This document shows positions 45,478 through 60,400 of a stretch of 64,000 nucleotides of DNA, piece by piece. The notes under the pieces were generated by a model that ran no database searches, was not told the origin of the DNA, and saw only the letters and a program-made list of their open reading frames with translations. Every line of letters starts with the position of its first letter. The stretch's first letter is position 1. Both the position numbers and the translations under genes were made by a program. This stretch comes from Lama glama (taxonomy: Eukaryota), in NCBI GenBank assembly GCA_028534125.1, contig CM052816.1, positions 19,594,001 to 19,658,000 on the forward strand, written 5' to 3'.

Positions 45478-48400
45478 CTTATGAATAAAAAACAAAAATA
45501 TTTATATACATTAGATAAAATGTAACAGTAAAATAAACAGTGGATTTGTCACAAGGCTTTTGACATACATTTTACTAATACTGGAAATAAAGCATAATTT
45601 GGTACTATTTATTAGTACTATTTATTGGGAAAATTTTTTCTTCAGTATTCTTCTAAAAGGTTTACTTAAGTAATAGATCACACATATCTGTGACTCAAAA
45701 CAGGTCCTTGCAAGGCCAAATAAATTGTTTCACTATGAGCAAATGAAAATGTCAACTTACCTTATTACATAAAGCACTGGGTAAAATGGTCTCTGTTCTC
45801 TAAGCCAAGAGATGAAAGCTATTGTTCTGGCAGATTCTGGTGTATCAAGTTCTGGAAGGTCTGTCTATTAAATAAAAACCAGCAATATCCAACTTATTTT
45901 AACAATATAGCTAATGTCTCACCTACAGTGTTTTCAAACTTCACCATGTATATCAAACACTGAACTGCAAATATTGACTTAGGAGGTCTGGAGAGGAGCC
46001 TGAGATTCTGCATACCACAATTTTCTAGTAAAGAGTAGGGAAACTTCTTAAACAGATAGACTGTAAATACTTTAGGCTTGCAGATCGTTTGTTCTCTGTT
46101 GCAACTTCTCAGCTCCGCCAGTGTTCCCCAAAAGTAGCCATAGACTATATATATATATATAAGTAAATGGGCTTTGTTCCAATAAAACTTTATTTACAAA
46201 AACACGTAGCAGGCCCCCTTAGGCATAGTTTGCCAAGCCCTAATCTAGAAGAACTTCCTACCTGTTACCTTCATTTTATTATGACATAGAATTAACTGAT
46301 CCATTCAGGTAGTTGTACAAATACAACAATTTCTTATCTCATTACTTAAAATGCCTAATCATCCAGACCAGCCATTTCACTCAAAGACTGAAAGCTAGTG
46401 CTTATTCTAGATATAATCCTGCCATATATGTCTTTTAAATATATAAATCCCCTAATGACTTCTAAAATGGAATTAAACCCATAAGTATGAAAAGGCACTG
46501 ACATAAAACATATTCCAAAGTTCGTAAAAAACTGATAGTTGAAACTGAAAAACATGACACTGAATAAGACCACGTTGTACTTAATTCTAACTTTAAAATT
46601 CACAACCAGCCAAATGCTATATAGTTTACTACAAACTTTCTCATGTGTTGTTTCAAATACTCCTCCATAAGCAATAACAGTCTTATTTTGCAAATGAGGT
46701 TGTTAGTGACTTGTCCAAGGTCACAGAGCTAATGACAGAGAATCCATTATTACATTTCCAATAATCAACATAAATCCAAATGACACTGGTCACAAGTCAT
46801 TTATCTGTGTGGCAGTTAGCTTAGTTCTTACTCCAAAACAGCAGTTAAAAGAACCGTGCCAAAGAACAATGAAATTATTTGCCAAAAACACAAAATGCAA
46901 AAACAAAAGCGTTCTAATGCTAACGCCAATAGCAGCGAACTATTTTTTTTGGCCATTAACTAAATTCATTACTTTTTCCCTAAAATAGTATATTGTCATA
47001 GGCACAAAGAACAATTAAGTCAAAGATGCAAAATAATCTAAAGAATGCCTTTAAAATATAAAACGAATATTTTCAATAGGAAGAGAAACATAATTTGTGG
47101 GAACATTTTCTTTTTTGGGAAAACTTTTAATATTACGCTATGATTTCAAAATAGGATGTTCATGTTTTGCCACATTTGAAATACCTTTTAAGTCTATTAC
47201 AATCACTATAATAACATAGTCTTACCATAGTCTGTGGAATTAATGCATAGTTTTGAACTCCTAGAACTTGGCTGAGAAAATTCTGTCCACAATTTTTTCC
47301 AACCCAAAGCATTAGTACCTGGGGACAGGAAGAAAATTATTTTGAGATGTAGCTGAACAGTGAGCTGTTGACTCACCTTTAACCACTATGTTTTAAAAGA
47401 TCAAAATAATGAGTAAGTTTAGTGAGACTGTACAGCCTTCAAGTGAACTAATGATAACTACTATTTATCATGAGACATTTTATGCATGGCATGAAAGGAG
47501 ACTATGGAGGGAGAAGGTGGCCAATACAAAAGTATATAGATTAAATACATTAAGGAAGAGAGAAAGTAAGAGGAATGGAGGTACAGTAGTATGCAGAGAG
47601 AAGAATCCGGCTCAGTCAGACTACTCACAGAGCCTGCATCCATGAGGAAAGCTCCATCCCTGCTCAGCTTCTCCACTGAAAGCTGAAGAATAGGCGGCTG
47701 AGGTATAGTGCGATCATTGATATTGATTGCTCCCTAAAGAATTAAACAAAAGATTAAAGTTTTAGATACAGGGAGCCATAATTAAACAAACAAACAAAAA
47801 TTTTTATGAGTGTTACGTCTGAGACTTTAGAAGTTATTTAGGTAAATCAGAGTTACTCATATTGAAATATAAAGAATAGGAAGAATTATTTATCACTTAT
47901 CTAAACAAAACCACTATGAATCCCAATAAAGCCAAATTAACTTCTGATCTTAACTATTATTTTAAAAACTAATACAATAAATGCAATCAATATCCATGTT
48001 TCCTGAACAAATGACATTAGTGAGATCCAAATAAAGTATGGAATTTAGTCAGTAAGAATAGATGACTACGTGGCTCAGATCATGTACACATCCTGAGGGA
48101 AGAATAAAAGCCTAATGCAAATGAGTTTTTAATAGTTCTCTCCAATTTAACATTTATTTATTAAGGTCAGAAATAGAAGTTTCTCATTTATAATTGACTA
48201 TTATACTGCTATCTTTTTTTTTATACTGCTATGTTAAAACACAGACACAAACACATACCTTTAAATATTCATAACAAGTTTTAACCAAAAATTTATTAAA
48301 GTACTTAAACTAGGTACTTAATTAAACCTTATCTAAGGGAGAAAGTAAATAAAATACTGACCTACCAAAGGGTATTCCCTTGTGATGAGGTTTTAGCTCC

Positions 48401-51400
48401 ACCAGGGACTATTAATCACAATACTTTAAATCTTCTGACCTTAGGGTATATAGGGAGCAAGAGAGACCATAACCTAATTATAGCCAATCAGAAATTAATG
48501 TGAACTAAGAAAAGAGATCCTTGTCTCTCTCTGCTGGTAAAGATAGGACGTTATCAGTGGCTGTGTTTCCTAGTCTTGTAGAAAAGGCTGATCTGAAACA
48601 ATGAGGCAATGCAAAGATAAGTCTTTGAATCTGAGCTAGACCTGAGTTTAGTTCTACCCTAAACTTTTCCTCTGCTTTGTTTTGGAGTATCACATCAGTC
48701 CCCTTCCTTTCCTAAGCTTATCTGCTAACAAGAGAGTGCTGATAAATACACGACTGATAATCATAATAGTGCTTATCTTTGAAAGTATATATTATAAGTG
48801 AATTGAACGTATATATTATATATTATTTTCTTCTTCTTTCTGGTGGTTTCCATATAATAGACATACAATATATTGCATTTTTATTTTTATGTTAATTTGC
48901 CATTTTTTAATGTGAAAAAAAGGTAGGCCCAGTTATCTGAACCTGTCAAACACAGTATTAATCTTGAGTTATTATTTTTATAATACAAACTAATAATTTC
49001 ATCAACAGTTTTCACTTGCTCAAAAGTTACCTCAAATTTCATAGGTAACTTCTAATTTATACATGCAAGATAAATATTTATCTTATTTAAGATATCTTAA
49101 AATCTTTTAACTTTGAAAGGTTTTCAACCAAAATATTGTTAAAATAAATTTTAATGTAATATTTATATATTCTATTTTGGTAATACCTTGATCACCATGT
49201 TAGAAAGAAAGATTATGATTTAACATTTTCATGCTTGTGACATTAACTCAGGTAAGTTTTCAATAAAGGGAAAATAATGTTACAACTTAGATAAATATTT
49301 TTTCTTTAACTCAAGAACACCATTACACTAAACATTGACTGGGGTTGTTTAGATTTAACTTCACTCTGGGATACTCCTTTCAGATCAATTTGTTTAAATA
49401 AATCATAGGTTTGGCCAATTTGACAATCTCTTCATTTATTTAGATCTGCTCTAAAGATTTGTCTGAAATAAACTTAATAAAAGTTTATTACTTTAATAAC
49501 TTAAATAAAGGCACTACTTTCAGGAGCTCCCCAAAACCAAAGTGTCTTTACACAGACTTAGCAAAGGAATAAAATAAAAAGCTTCCCCACATCTTTCTTC
49601 ATTTCTGCAATGGAGTCAATATAATTAGGCTTATAGACCTTCAAGGCTACAAAAAAATGAATCAATCTTACCTCATCTGAGAGATTGTCAACTCTATACA
49701 AACTGGGATGAGTTGTGAGCATAAGGTAAACCAAGGGCTGATTTTTCACTTGACACATAGCAAAAATGCGTTCATCTAGACGTGCATTTGTCCCAGTCTG
49801 AAATGATTTCTGTAACAAAAACAAAACAAAACCAAAAAACCAGCAAAAAATGAATTTACCAAATACATATAAAACTCTGCAAATAACAGTTGTTAAAAGA
49901 GTATCTTCAGACGAATTAACAAACTTACTATTAAGTATTATTTCAAAAATATATTTTAATAAGTCACACAACAACTATTAAATTGTGGCTGTATCCCCAT
50001 GTAAAAGTCTTGGCAAATTAATTACCTGACCGTGGCAAAGCCATTTAATCTCTAGTATCTGTTTCCTAATTGGTGAAATAGACCTAACACTCTATCAACC
50101 ATACAGCAATAGTGACTTAAAAATCTAACTAAATAACATCACGTGAAGGAAAAAGTTATACTGCAGATAGCAAAATAAAGACACATTTGAAGGATCAAAA
50201 ATCTAAGTGTTCTATAAAGACTGGGTGATGATTAATGGTGGTTAACTACTCTTGTGTCTCCCACAGTTAGAGAAATTAATGTAATAAAGCTTATAAATCA
50301 CCCAGGAAAATTAATAATTTGAGGACAGTTATTTAGCAGAATAGAGTTAATAATTAGTGAGTTTCAACTGGTATATTAGCTCCATGAAGAATAATGAAGT
50401 TTTGAGGTAAGATTTGAAGCATTCCTACTGATGGAAAGGAATAAAAAGACAAGAGAGGTATAACAGCAATAAAACTTGCCTTTAAACAAGTGCACTGACT
50501 GTAAGTAAAGAAGATCAGAAAAGGCTCTTAAAGAAAGAGTAATATGGAAGGTGACAGAAGTCCCATTTATTTATTCATCCAAAAAATATTTACTGAGTGC
50601 CTACTATGTACTAAGAACTGTTCTAGATGCTGGGACAAAGTGGTACAAGAGCAAGATAAAAATCCTTGTCCCCATGGACAAAATTCCTAGTAAGGGAGAA
50701 GTAAATAATAAATAAGCAAAATATGTGATATGTCAGTGCTAAATGCTATAGAGAGAAATAAAGGAAAGAAGAGAGATAAAGAATGTCAGAGTGAGATAGG
50801 ATGACAGTGTCGTATATTAAATGGAGAAATGAGGGAAGGCAAGCCTCAGTGAAAAACAGCACTGAAGGAAAGACGTGAAGAGGGAAGAGCTCAGACTTCT
50901 AAATGTTAAAACTTAAGTTTTTATGTAATCTCTATGCATTTACATTATATTCAAAAGTGGAAATACATAATTTGAGTTTAAGAAACTAGAAGCAGATTCA
51001 AAAGCCACCCCTATCAAGGTGCAGCAGGCTGCCCTTCTCACCTAAGACACAACATACACCTGACAGGTCAGTGCTAGCGTTCAGAGAGCATACAAATTGA
51101 AAAGAGCGGTCCTAAATTAATTCCAAAATCTAGGATGCTTCCAAGGTAATTTAACATGAGCTTTTTAATAAAATTTGATAAGGGAAGGTTATCCTAAGCC
51201 TGTAAGTTTGAACATTATATTTTGAACACTGGAAAAATAAGCCTCCTCTACCAGGCCAGAGTTTCCTTTTTTTCTTTTTTTCAGGAGGCAGGGTTATGGG
51301 CAAAGGGCAAGCAGGGGAGACAAATACCAAAATAAAGACTGTATAAATAAATACATGCATGAAAAGCTACTGGGCCAGAGAAGGAAAGGCATCTGCCAGA

Positions 51401-54400
51401 GAGAGAACATTTGAGCTCAAAGACAAGGATAGGAAAATGTAATACAGATGTTGGAAAGAGGTACACATGTGTGAGAAGACATTTCTAAGATTAAGAAGTG
51501 AAATGTGGCTGAAATACTGTAGGGAGTAGGAAAGAGTCATAAGAAGAGTCTCATATGTGATGGTCAAGCAACAAAATATAAATTCTTGTTTTGAAAAACT
51601 AGAAAACTGATCATCATTTGCATCTTTGATAATGTCAGTGAACACTTAGCATCTCTTACAAACAAGGTACATATTTAAATTAGTATTTTGTAATTTTTTT
51701 GGGGGGGTTACAAATCCTTTAAGGTAAAATAAGAGTTAAGGTTCCTGTCCTCAGGAAACTTAACTAGCATAAAGTTATATATACAATGTTTAGTGGTTCA
51801 AAAGATAAAATTTTTGGCCATTGACATTTTTATTGTGTTAGTTTCTGGCTTTGATTTTTTTTTACCTGTTTAAGGAGAGCCAACACAAACAGTGGAAAAA
51901 GCCGTAGAGAAAAAGGAACCATGAGTCCAGGCTGCTGGTTACTTAGGACTGAAGAACGGTAAGCTGAAAGAGAGTCTATGACGGCATTCACCAGGGCGTC
52001 CCGAGCATCACTCAGACTGGCAGTCACAGACCGGTCAACAGCTAACAGAGGTTGAGGTAGGGACAAAAGAGAAATAAGACAGAAGTTTAGCTACCCCATT
52101 GTTGAGGATAGAAGAGATAGGTTTTCTTTTTTTTAATTATACAAATTCCTTCTCTAAGTTATTACATATACAAGGAACCAAACATAGCAGTTAAATGCAC
52201 ACACTTTTTCCATTACAGATACAAGAAAAGTCTCCTCACACTTTCTGTCTGTCTGACTGTGGTAGCCCAGATTGAACGGGGGAATACAGGGAAAAAATTT
52301 TTTGCAACTCAGATGTAATTTCGTCAACAGTAAAAGCCTGCTTTACTCCAAAAAATAAAAAATAAAAACAAAAATAAAGAAAAGCAAATACTTTGAAGAA
52401 TCAAACCAACCTGTGCTGAAATATTACTCTGCTAATTCCTAGCAGTATGAAAATTTGGCAAGTAATTTAACTTTCTTAATCCTCAGTTTCCTTATCTATA
52501 AAATGGTAAAACTATACTCCATCAAATCTGAGATGTTATTAATTATAAGCCACCAATTTATTTTATAGATCATTGAAAGAAAAAAACTCTGCTAAAAATA
52601 CACATGCTTTCTTAACACAGAATTTTTATTTTATATTTATTTATTTTTTTTCTTGGTTTTTTTTTTATTTTATTTATTTTTTTTTACACTTTTTTTATTG
52701 GTTCATAATCATTTTACAGTGTTGTGTCAAATTCCAGTGTTCGGCACAATTTTTCAGACATTCATGGACATATACACACTCATTGTCACATTTTTTTCTC
52801 TGTGATTTATCATAACATTTTGTGTATATTTCCCTGTGCTATACAGTGTATATATTTATTGAAAGAGCTCTTAGCTATTTCGATGATTTTTATCATGTCA
52901 TGCCACTCTTTATATGCTTTTCTTCATACTCAAAATTTTTTTCAATACTAAAAATTGAATGGTTATATAATATATAATGATTTAAATATAATTGTTTCGA
53001 AGACTTCTCAAACTATAACTAAATTCAATTCACAGTACCAAAAATACACTCAGTGCAGTGATGTTATTAACTGCTGTGACCAAATTTGAACATAGGCAAG
53101 AAAGTATGAAGACTATTGTTACCTGATCAGTAGGAACTCTAAGACTTCATCAGTTGAAGATATCATGATTTTAAAGATTTTGATAAAATGTGAAAAAAAG
53201 TGCATATTGGGATTAACCAAATTTAGTAACACAGCAATCCTTTGTTGTCAAGCAGGTTATGAAGATTTTTTTAAAAAAATCCATGATATGTAGTTTTTTA
53301 TAATAGCAATGAAGATAATAATAATCATACTGTTACAAAAAAGTATTAGTTCAACAAAATATAAAGGCAATGACCCTCAAATTTCTTAGGTCAAGATTTT
53401 TGACTTTTAACAACATATGAGACTAAAGTGAGGTTGAAAAAATAAGCAGTGATGTTGGATTCTTTTTTTTTTTTGTCTTTTTTTTTTTTTTGGTGGAGGA
53501 GGTAATTAGGTTTATTTATTTTTTAGTGGAAGTACTGGGGGTTGAACCCAGGACCTTGTGCATGCTAGGCATGCACACTACCTCTGAGCTATGCCCTCCC
53601 CCCAAGGTTGGATTCTTTACTATGCTCCATTAAAAATTTTCCCAATAGGGAATTCAAGAAAATAGGTAATTACTCCTATTACAGGCAGATTTGTGTTTGA
53701 AGCAAATGGACCCACGGGCAATCATCCCTAAAGGAGAAAGGAGGCAAGGACCAAAATGATGTTAAGCTCTATGTATTTGAGAAAAGGGCTTAAAAAAAAT
53801 TTCAAGAAGGCAACTTTATATGAGATGGGAGACATTAAGTAAAACATGGTTATTTAAGTCCACAGCAGGCAGATTATGAGGCAGAAAGCGGTTTAGTGGT
53901 TGCCTAAGGCCAGTGAGGGAAGAAGGAGTGAGCAGTAACTGTCAATGGGCATGAGGTTCTTTCGGTGGTGACAGACATGTTCAAAAATTAGATTGAAGTG
54001 ATGGCCACACAAATCTGTAAATATACTCAAAACGATGGAATTGTTTACTTAGATGGGTTAGATTACTATACCACTTATATCTCAATAAAGTGAAATTATC
54101 TCAATAAGGCTGTTTAAATTAAAAAAAAAGATGAGGTTATCTGAAACAGATTGTTTTATTCAAATAGTTACTTAGCAGATATACACCTGATCTAAAACGT
54201 TGAACTCTTAAAGCTAATTATTTAAAGGAAAACAAAACTATTTTACAAATATTATTACTTGCAATACATTTAAATAGGTGATAACAATTCTTACCCATAT
54301 TGGCCAACAATCCTGAAATTGCTTGGACATCGGCTCCAAGAAAAACTTCATTCAGAGTTGAAACAACTGGCAAACACAGAGTATGAACACGAATTCTTCT

Positions 54401-57400
54401 TTCACCTTGGAGAAAACACACAAATGATAGCAAGGGACAACTATACAAAAAAAAAAAGTTTGTATTAAAGTTACTAGGAAAAATCACTTCTTTTCAATTT
54501 AGAACCAAACAGGGTTACAAACAGTAAGCAGAGATAGTAGGAAAACTTCAGTGAATAAAGTTTTATTTCTTTGATTTTTTCACTACAAAATTATTTTTCT
54601 TCAAGTTATTACTGAAAAGACAATAGAGATCATATTCAAATGATGGTAACATGCTAGCTTTTTAAAAATCTCTTTACTGAATTTTTGATTACTTTATCTT
54701 TTTATAATAAAAAATTTAGGTAAATATATATATACTGTAAGACAACACCACTCCAAGATGTGTTCTACAGTCTGTTTTGATACTTTAAGTCCAAAGAAAT
54801 TTTATACTTTTCTTTTAAATCACAGAAAAAAAATTTAAAATAAATCAACAAATGGTCATAGTACTTTCTCTTTGGTAATAACCCACAACAACAAAAAACA
54901 ATACATACAAGAAACAAAAATGAAAACCTTTTGAGAACCATCAAATTATCAAATATCATGTAAACCTTTTAAAAATTTCTAATCAGCAAGACCTTGAACA
55001 TCAAAGGAAAAAGTAAAAAAAACTAGAGAGGATATCCACATTACAACCTACACTGACATATGAAGACTAATGAACACGTATCTATGAGGAGCTCATACAA
55101 ATTATTTGCCGAAGTAGTATCTGCAAAATAGGGTAACGTTATTTAGAGCTTCTATTCTAGATGAAAACTAATATAAAAACATAGACATACACATACACAC
55201 ACACACACAAAATCAGAGGCTGAAATAAAAAGGCACAAACTGGTAAAATCTTTCTAAAAAGCAATCTTGCGTTACTTTGTTGTACATCTGAAACTAACAC
55301 TGTAAATCGACTAAATCAATAAAAAACAAGAATTCTTTTTTAAAAAAAGCAAATCTGGCAATACCAAGATTTTTCTAAAGAGTTGATCTCTACACTCTTT
55401 ATTTCTAATTCTAGAAATCCATCTTGGGGAAATTTTCAGAATGACAAAGATTTATTTTCATGGATAGAAATTATAATCAAACAAACAAAAAAACCCAAAA
55501 ACTCAAACCAAAAACAAGAAACAAAAACTAAACACTGACAACAGCAGATTCTGGTGAGGATGAGGAGCAGCTGGAACTCTCATATACTGCTGATGGGAAT
55601 GCAAAATGTTACAGCCACTTAGGAAATAGTTTGGCAAGTTCTTAAAAAGTTAAATATGTGCTCACTATGCAACCCAGCCATCAGTGAATACACTGAAAAG
55701 TATTTACCTGAATGAAATGACAACTTATGCTCACACAAAAATCCATACGCAAGTATTTACAGGGCCTATATTTGAAACTGCCAATAACTGGAAACAACCC
55801 AAGTGTACCTCAGCTGGGAAGTGAAAAAACAAACTGGGTACAGCGGAATATTACTTAGGAATAAGAAGTAAGAAACTACTTGTAGATGCAACAACATGGA
55901 TGAATCTCAAGTGCACTAAATGAAAGAGCCAGATTTTCTAAAAAGCTATCTACTGTATGATTCCATTCAAAAGACATTCTTGCAAAGGCAAAAACTATAG
56001 CATCAGTAAACAGATCAATAATTGCCAGGGGCTGGGGACAGGGAAGAGGCTGACTACAAAAACACAAGGAGATTTTTGGGGTTAAGAAAAATCAATGAGC
56101 AGAAAAAAAGAATGGGATGTTCTTTTGTTAAAAAATGCTATCTAGAGACAGAAATACATTTTACATTTATGGTATTCAGTCTCCTTATAATCATAATACA
56201 AAAACTGAACTTCTGTAAAGGTTTTATTAAAATATCTGTTATTATACACTTTTTATAGATTTTGGTGGTGCTGTAAAGGTGAGTAGACAGAGTGCGAAAC
56301 ACTTCCAAAACTTTTTTAAGGGGACAAAACAAAATAGAGGGTGAGAGCTGTAAATTTTTGAAATAATAAAAATTAATTTAACCAGCCTTCATATCATCTT
56401 TAGAACAAAACATATTATAAATTAATTAGTACTAAATAAATGATACCCTTAAAAAGTGTTTATTTTCCATTTGAGCTTCTTCAAAACTTAACTCAAATGT
56501 CACCGTCTGTGAGACCTTTCCTGGCTATCCTATCTTAAAATACCAGGCCCCCAGCACTTCTTAAACCCTTCAGCTGTTTTCTCTTTCTCCTTAACTAACA
56601 TCACTATATAACACACTGTTATTTTACTTATTTATCCTCTTTATTTTCTGTCTCCCCTACTAGAATAAGCAATATGAAAAAAACAGTTTTTAATTCAATT
56701 TTATTGACTGTTGTGTTATTGGAACATATTTCAGTGCTTGACACTAAATAGACCCTCAATAAATATGTGTTAAATAAAATGCTTAAAATAGTAAATACCA
56801 AACATCTTGGCTTTACCAGGATAAGCAACAAACCTCTTTAGGTTAAGAATACTCTTTTGGCTTAACAGAAATGAATCATTAATTCCAAAGAAAAAGAGTT
56901 TATCACAAGCCACAAAATACATGGCCAAATCAAAAAACTTACCTCTGCTACATCATTGTGCTTATAGTTAACAATGTATGTTAGACTTAAAATTTTGTTA
57001 AGAGGATAGATTTCATGTTTTGTGTTTTTGCTACAATAAAACAAACAAACGAAAACTTACCTTTGCTGGATGTATACAAAAGTGCTGACTGAAAGGAAAC
57101 CAATTGAGTGTCAGTAAGACTCTCTTCCACTGACATCTGTACTGCATACCCAGCATCTGGGTTTACATTTGGCAAAGACAGTAAGTCTGTTGACCGAACA
57201 AAGAAGTTCCCATGGAAAGTATGAATGGAAAGACCTAGAAGAGAAAAATTCATCAAAATGATTTATATGCACCCACATATAAATATTTACATTGTATCCT
57301 TTTCACTTATCTGAATGGCAGAGAGCAAATTTAAAAGTCTGGATGTGATATTGTGGTTTATAAGAAATATATACCCAGTCTTTGCCTGTTTCTGGCACAG

Positions 57401-60400
57401 AGCTCCTGTAACCCTCAGAATCCCCTAAAAGTCATAAAGGCGTCTTTTGCTATGTTAATGAGGTGACTTTTGGAAAGCAGCTAGGTAACCTAAGGATGGG
57501 GGATGGTTGCCAGAGGATCCAACCATAGGATTAAAGGGTCTGAAAGTGTAGTGCAATCCCTAACCACTGCCTCCAGGGAGGGGAGAGACAAAGGTGGGAC
57601 CAATCATCAGTTGTCAATAACTTAATCAACTATGACTATGTAATGAAGCCTCCATAAAAACCCAAAAAAGATGAGGTCTTTCAGAGAACTTTGGGATTGG
57701 TGAATACGTGGAAATTCGGGGAGAGTGAAGCTCTCAGAAAGAGCAAGAACGCTCCAGAAGCTCCACATCCTTTCCCTTCCCCACACTTCGCTCTATGCAC
57801 CTTTCCATCTTGCTGTTCTTGAGTTATATTCTTTTATAATAAACCAGTAATCTAGTAAGTAAAATGTTTCTCTGAATTACTAGCCAGTAATTCCAACAGA
57901 GGGGTTCGTTGGAACCTCCAATCTAAAGCCAGTTGTTCAGAAGCACAGGTAACAAACTGGACTTGTGACTGGCTTCTGAAATGTGGGTGGTGGGAGGGTG
58001 GGGATTTAGGGGGCAATTGTGTGAGACTGAACCTTAACCTGTGGGGTATGACACTATCTCGAGGTAGACAATGTCAGAATTGAGTTAACTGCTTGGTAGT
58101 ATGGGGAAAAACAACCCTCACATTGTAACTGGGAGCAGAATCATTAGATGATACACAGTAATTAGTGAGAGTGGGGGAGGGATAAAAGATACCTTCTTAA
58201 ATGAATTCAAAATTTCAAACAACTTTTTGGATGACAATTTGGCAATATCTACCAAAATTCTAAATGAATACTTACTTTGACATTAGTAATTCCATATCTA
58301 AGAATTTATCCTACAGATACAATCATTCAAGTGATACAATTATATGGGCAACAAAAAATAAGCATTACTGTTTCTGTCACAACAAAAAAAAAATCAGAAA
58401 TATCTTCACTGCCAATCAGTAGGAAAATAACTAAACTGTAGTGTGTACATTCTACTGAAGATAGGCAGAAGTTAAAAAACATGAGACAGATCTACATATA
58501 CTAATATTAGATCTTCAAGACTTGCTGAAATCATATACAATGTTATTTATGCTACTACACTGTACTATATATTTTCCATGGAGAGGTATGTAAGTATGTA
58601 AATGTATAGAATAACTTGATATCACAGCAATGTGCTTGCAATAACTTATGTAAAAGGACAGAGTGAAAGTGCAATAACACACACATACAAGCTGACAGAA
58701 GAGGACTTTAGATTATCAATAATGTTTCCTTTTTATGTTTACAGTAACAGGTATATATTTTGCTTGTGAAATAAAAACCAACTTTATAACAGTAATCAAG
58801 AAAAAAAGGATGCAGGCCTGCATGTACAAAAATAGATGTGGTTAAAAAGAAGCCAGATGTGGGGGTGGGTATAGCTCAAGTGGTAGAATGCATGCTTAGC
58901 ATGCATGAGGTCCTGGGTTCAATCCCCAGTACATACTCTAAAAATAAATAATAAAATGAACCTAACTACTTCCCCCAACAAAAAAAAAAAAAAAAAAAAA
59001 AAAGAGGAGGAGGAGGAGAAGGAGGAGGAGAAAAAGGAGAATGAGGAGAAGGAGGAGACATCTTTTTGTACTGTACCTTTTCCCCCCTAGCTTTACCAAG
59101 AGCATATTATTTCATGTGTAATGAAATTTATCATTTAAAAAAGAGAGAAACCTAAGCAAATTTACCACAAAGATTTATTAAATTAAGTACTCTAGAAGGA
59201 GGGCATAGGTTGGTTTGTACGTCTAAACTCCTTTCACAAAGTTAGGTACATATAAAACAGCTTCTGTCCTGCCAAGGAGAAAAATCTTAAAAGCACTTTT
59301 AGGATGTACACTTCCCCTAATTTAGAGGCCATATCTGCAGAAATAATCATTTTTGAGGTCTATCAATCTTGAATTAATAGGATATAATAAATGTGCCCTT
59401 TAAGACATAAATACTAAAAAACTACTAGAAGTAATAAACAAGTTCAACAAGGGTGCAGGATACAAGATCAATATACAAAGGATTAATTATATTTATAGGA
59501 GAGAAAATTTTAAAATAATTCTGCTTATAATATCAAAAAACCATTTAGGAATAAATTTAACAAAAAATGCAAAACTTACACTCTGAAAACTAAAATATTG
59601 TTGAAAAAATTATTAAGAAGATCTAAATAAATGGAAAGACATATCACGTTTTTGGATGACAAAACTTAATAATGTTAAGATGGCAATATGCCCCAAATTT
59701 ATCTACCAATTAAGTGAGGTCCTTATCAAATACCAGCCGGTTTCTTTGCAAAAACTGACAAGAGAAACCTAAAATTCATATCGAAATGCAAGGGACCCAG
59801 AATATCACAAAACAATCTTGGTAAAAAAGAAAAAAATAGAGCATTCATACTTCCTAATTTCAAAGTTACTATAAAGTCACAACAGCCAAGAAAGTTTGGT
59901 ACTGGCATAAGGATAGACATATAGATTAAAAGAATAAAATTCAGAATCCAGAATTCAAACCCTCACATTTACAATCAATTTACAATCAACAATTCAACAA
60001 GGGAACATGGATGCCAAGACAATGCAATAGGGAGAGAACAGTCTTTTTTTAACAAATGGTCCTGGGACGACTGTATATCCACGTGCAAAAGAATGAAGTA
60101 AAAAACCTACCTCACCAAATACAAAAGTTAACTAAAAATAAATAAAAGAATTGTAAATATAAAACACTTAGAAGACAATATAACTATAAATGTTTGTGAT
60201 CTTGGATTACACAATGGTTTTATACTATGATATGATGCCAAAAGCACAAACAGAAAAAGAAAAAAGTTGATAAATGAGACACCACCAAAATTAAAAACAA
60301 ATGTACTTCAATGGGTACCATTAAGAAGTGAAAAAGGCAACCCACAAAATGCAAAAAATTTGCAAATCATATATCTGATAGAAGCTTTATATCTAAAAAT

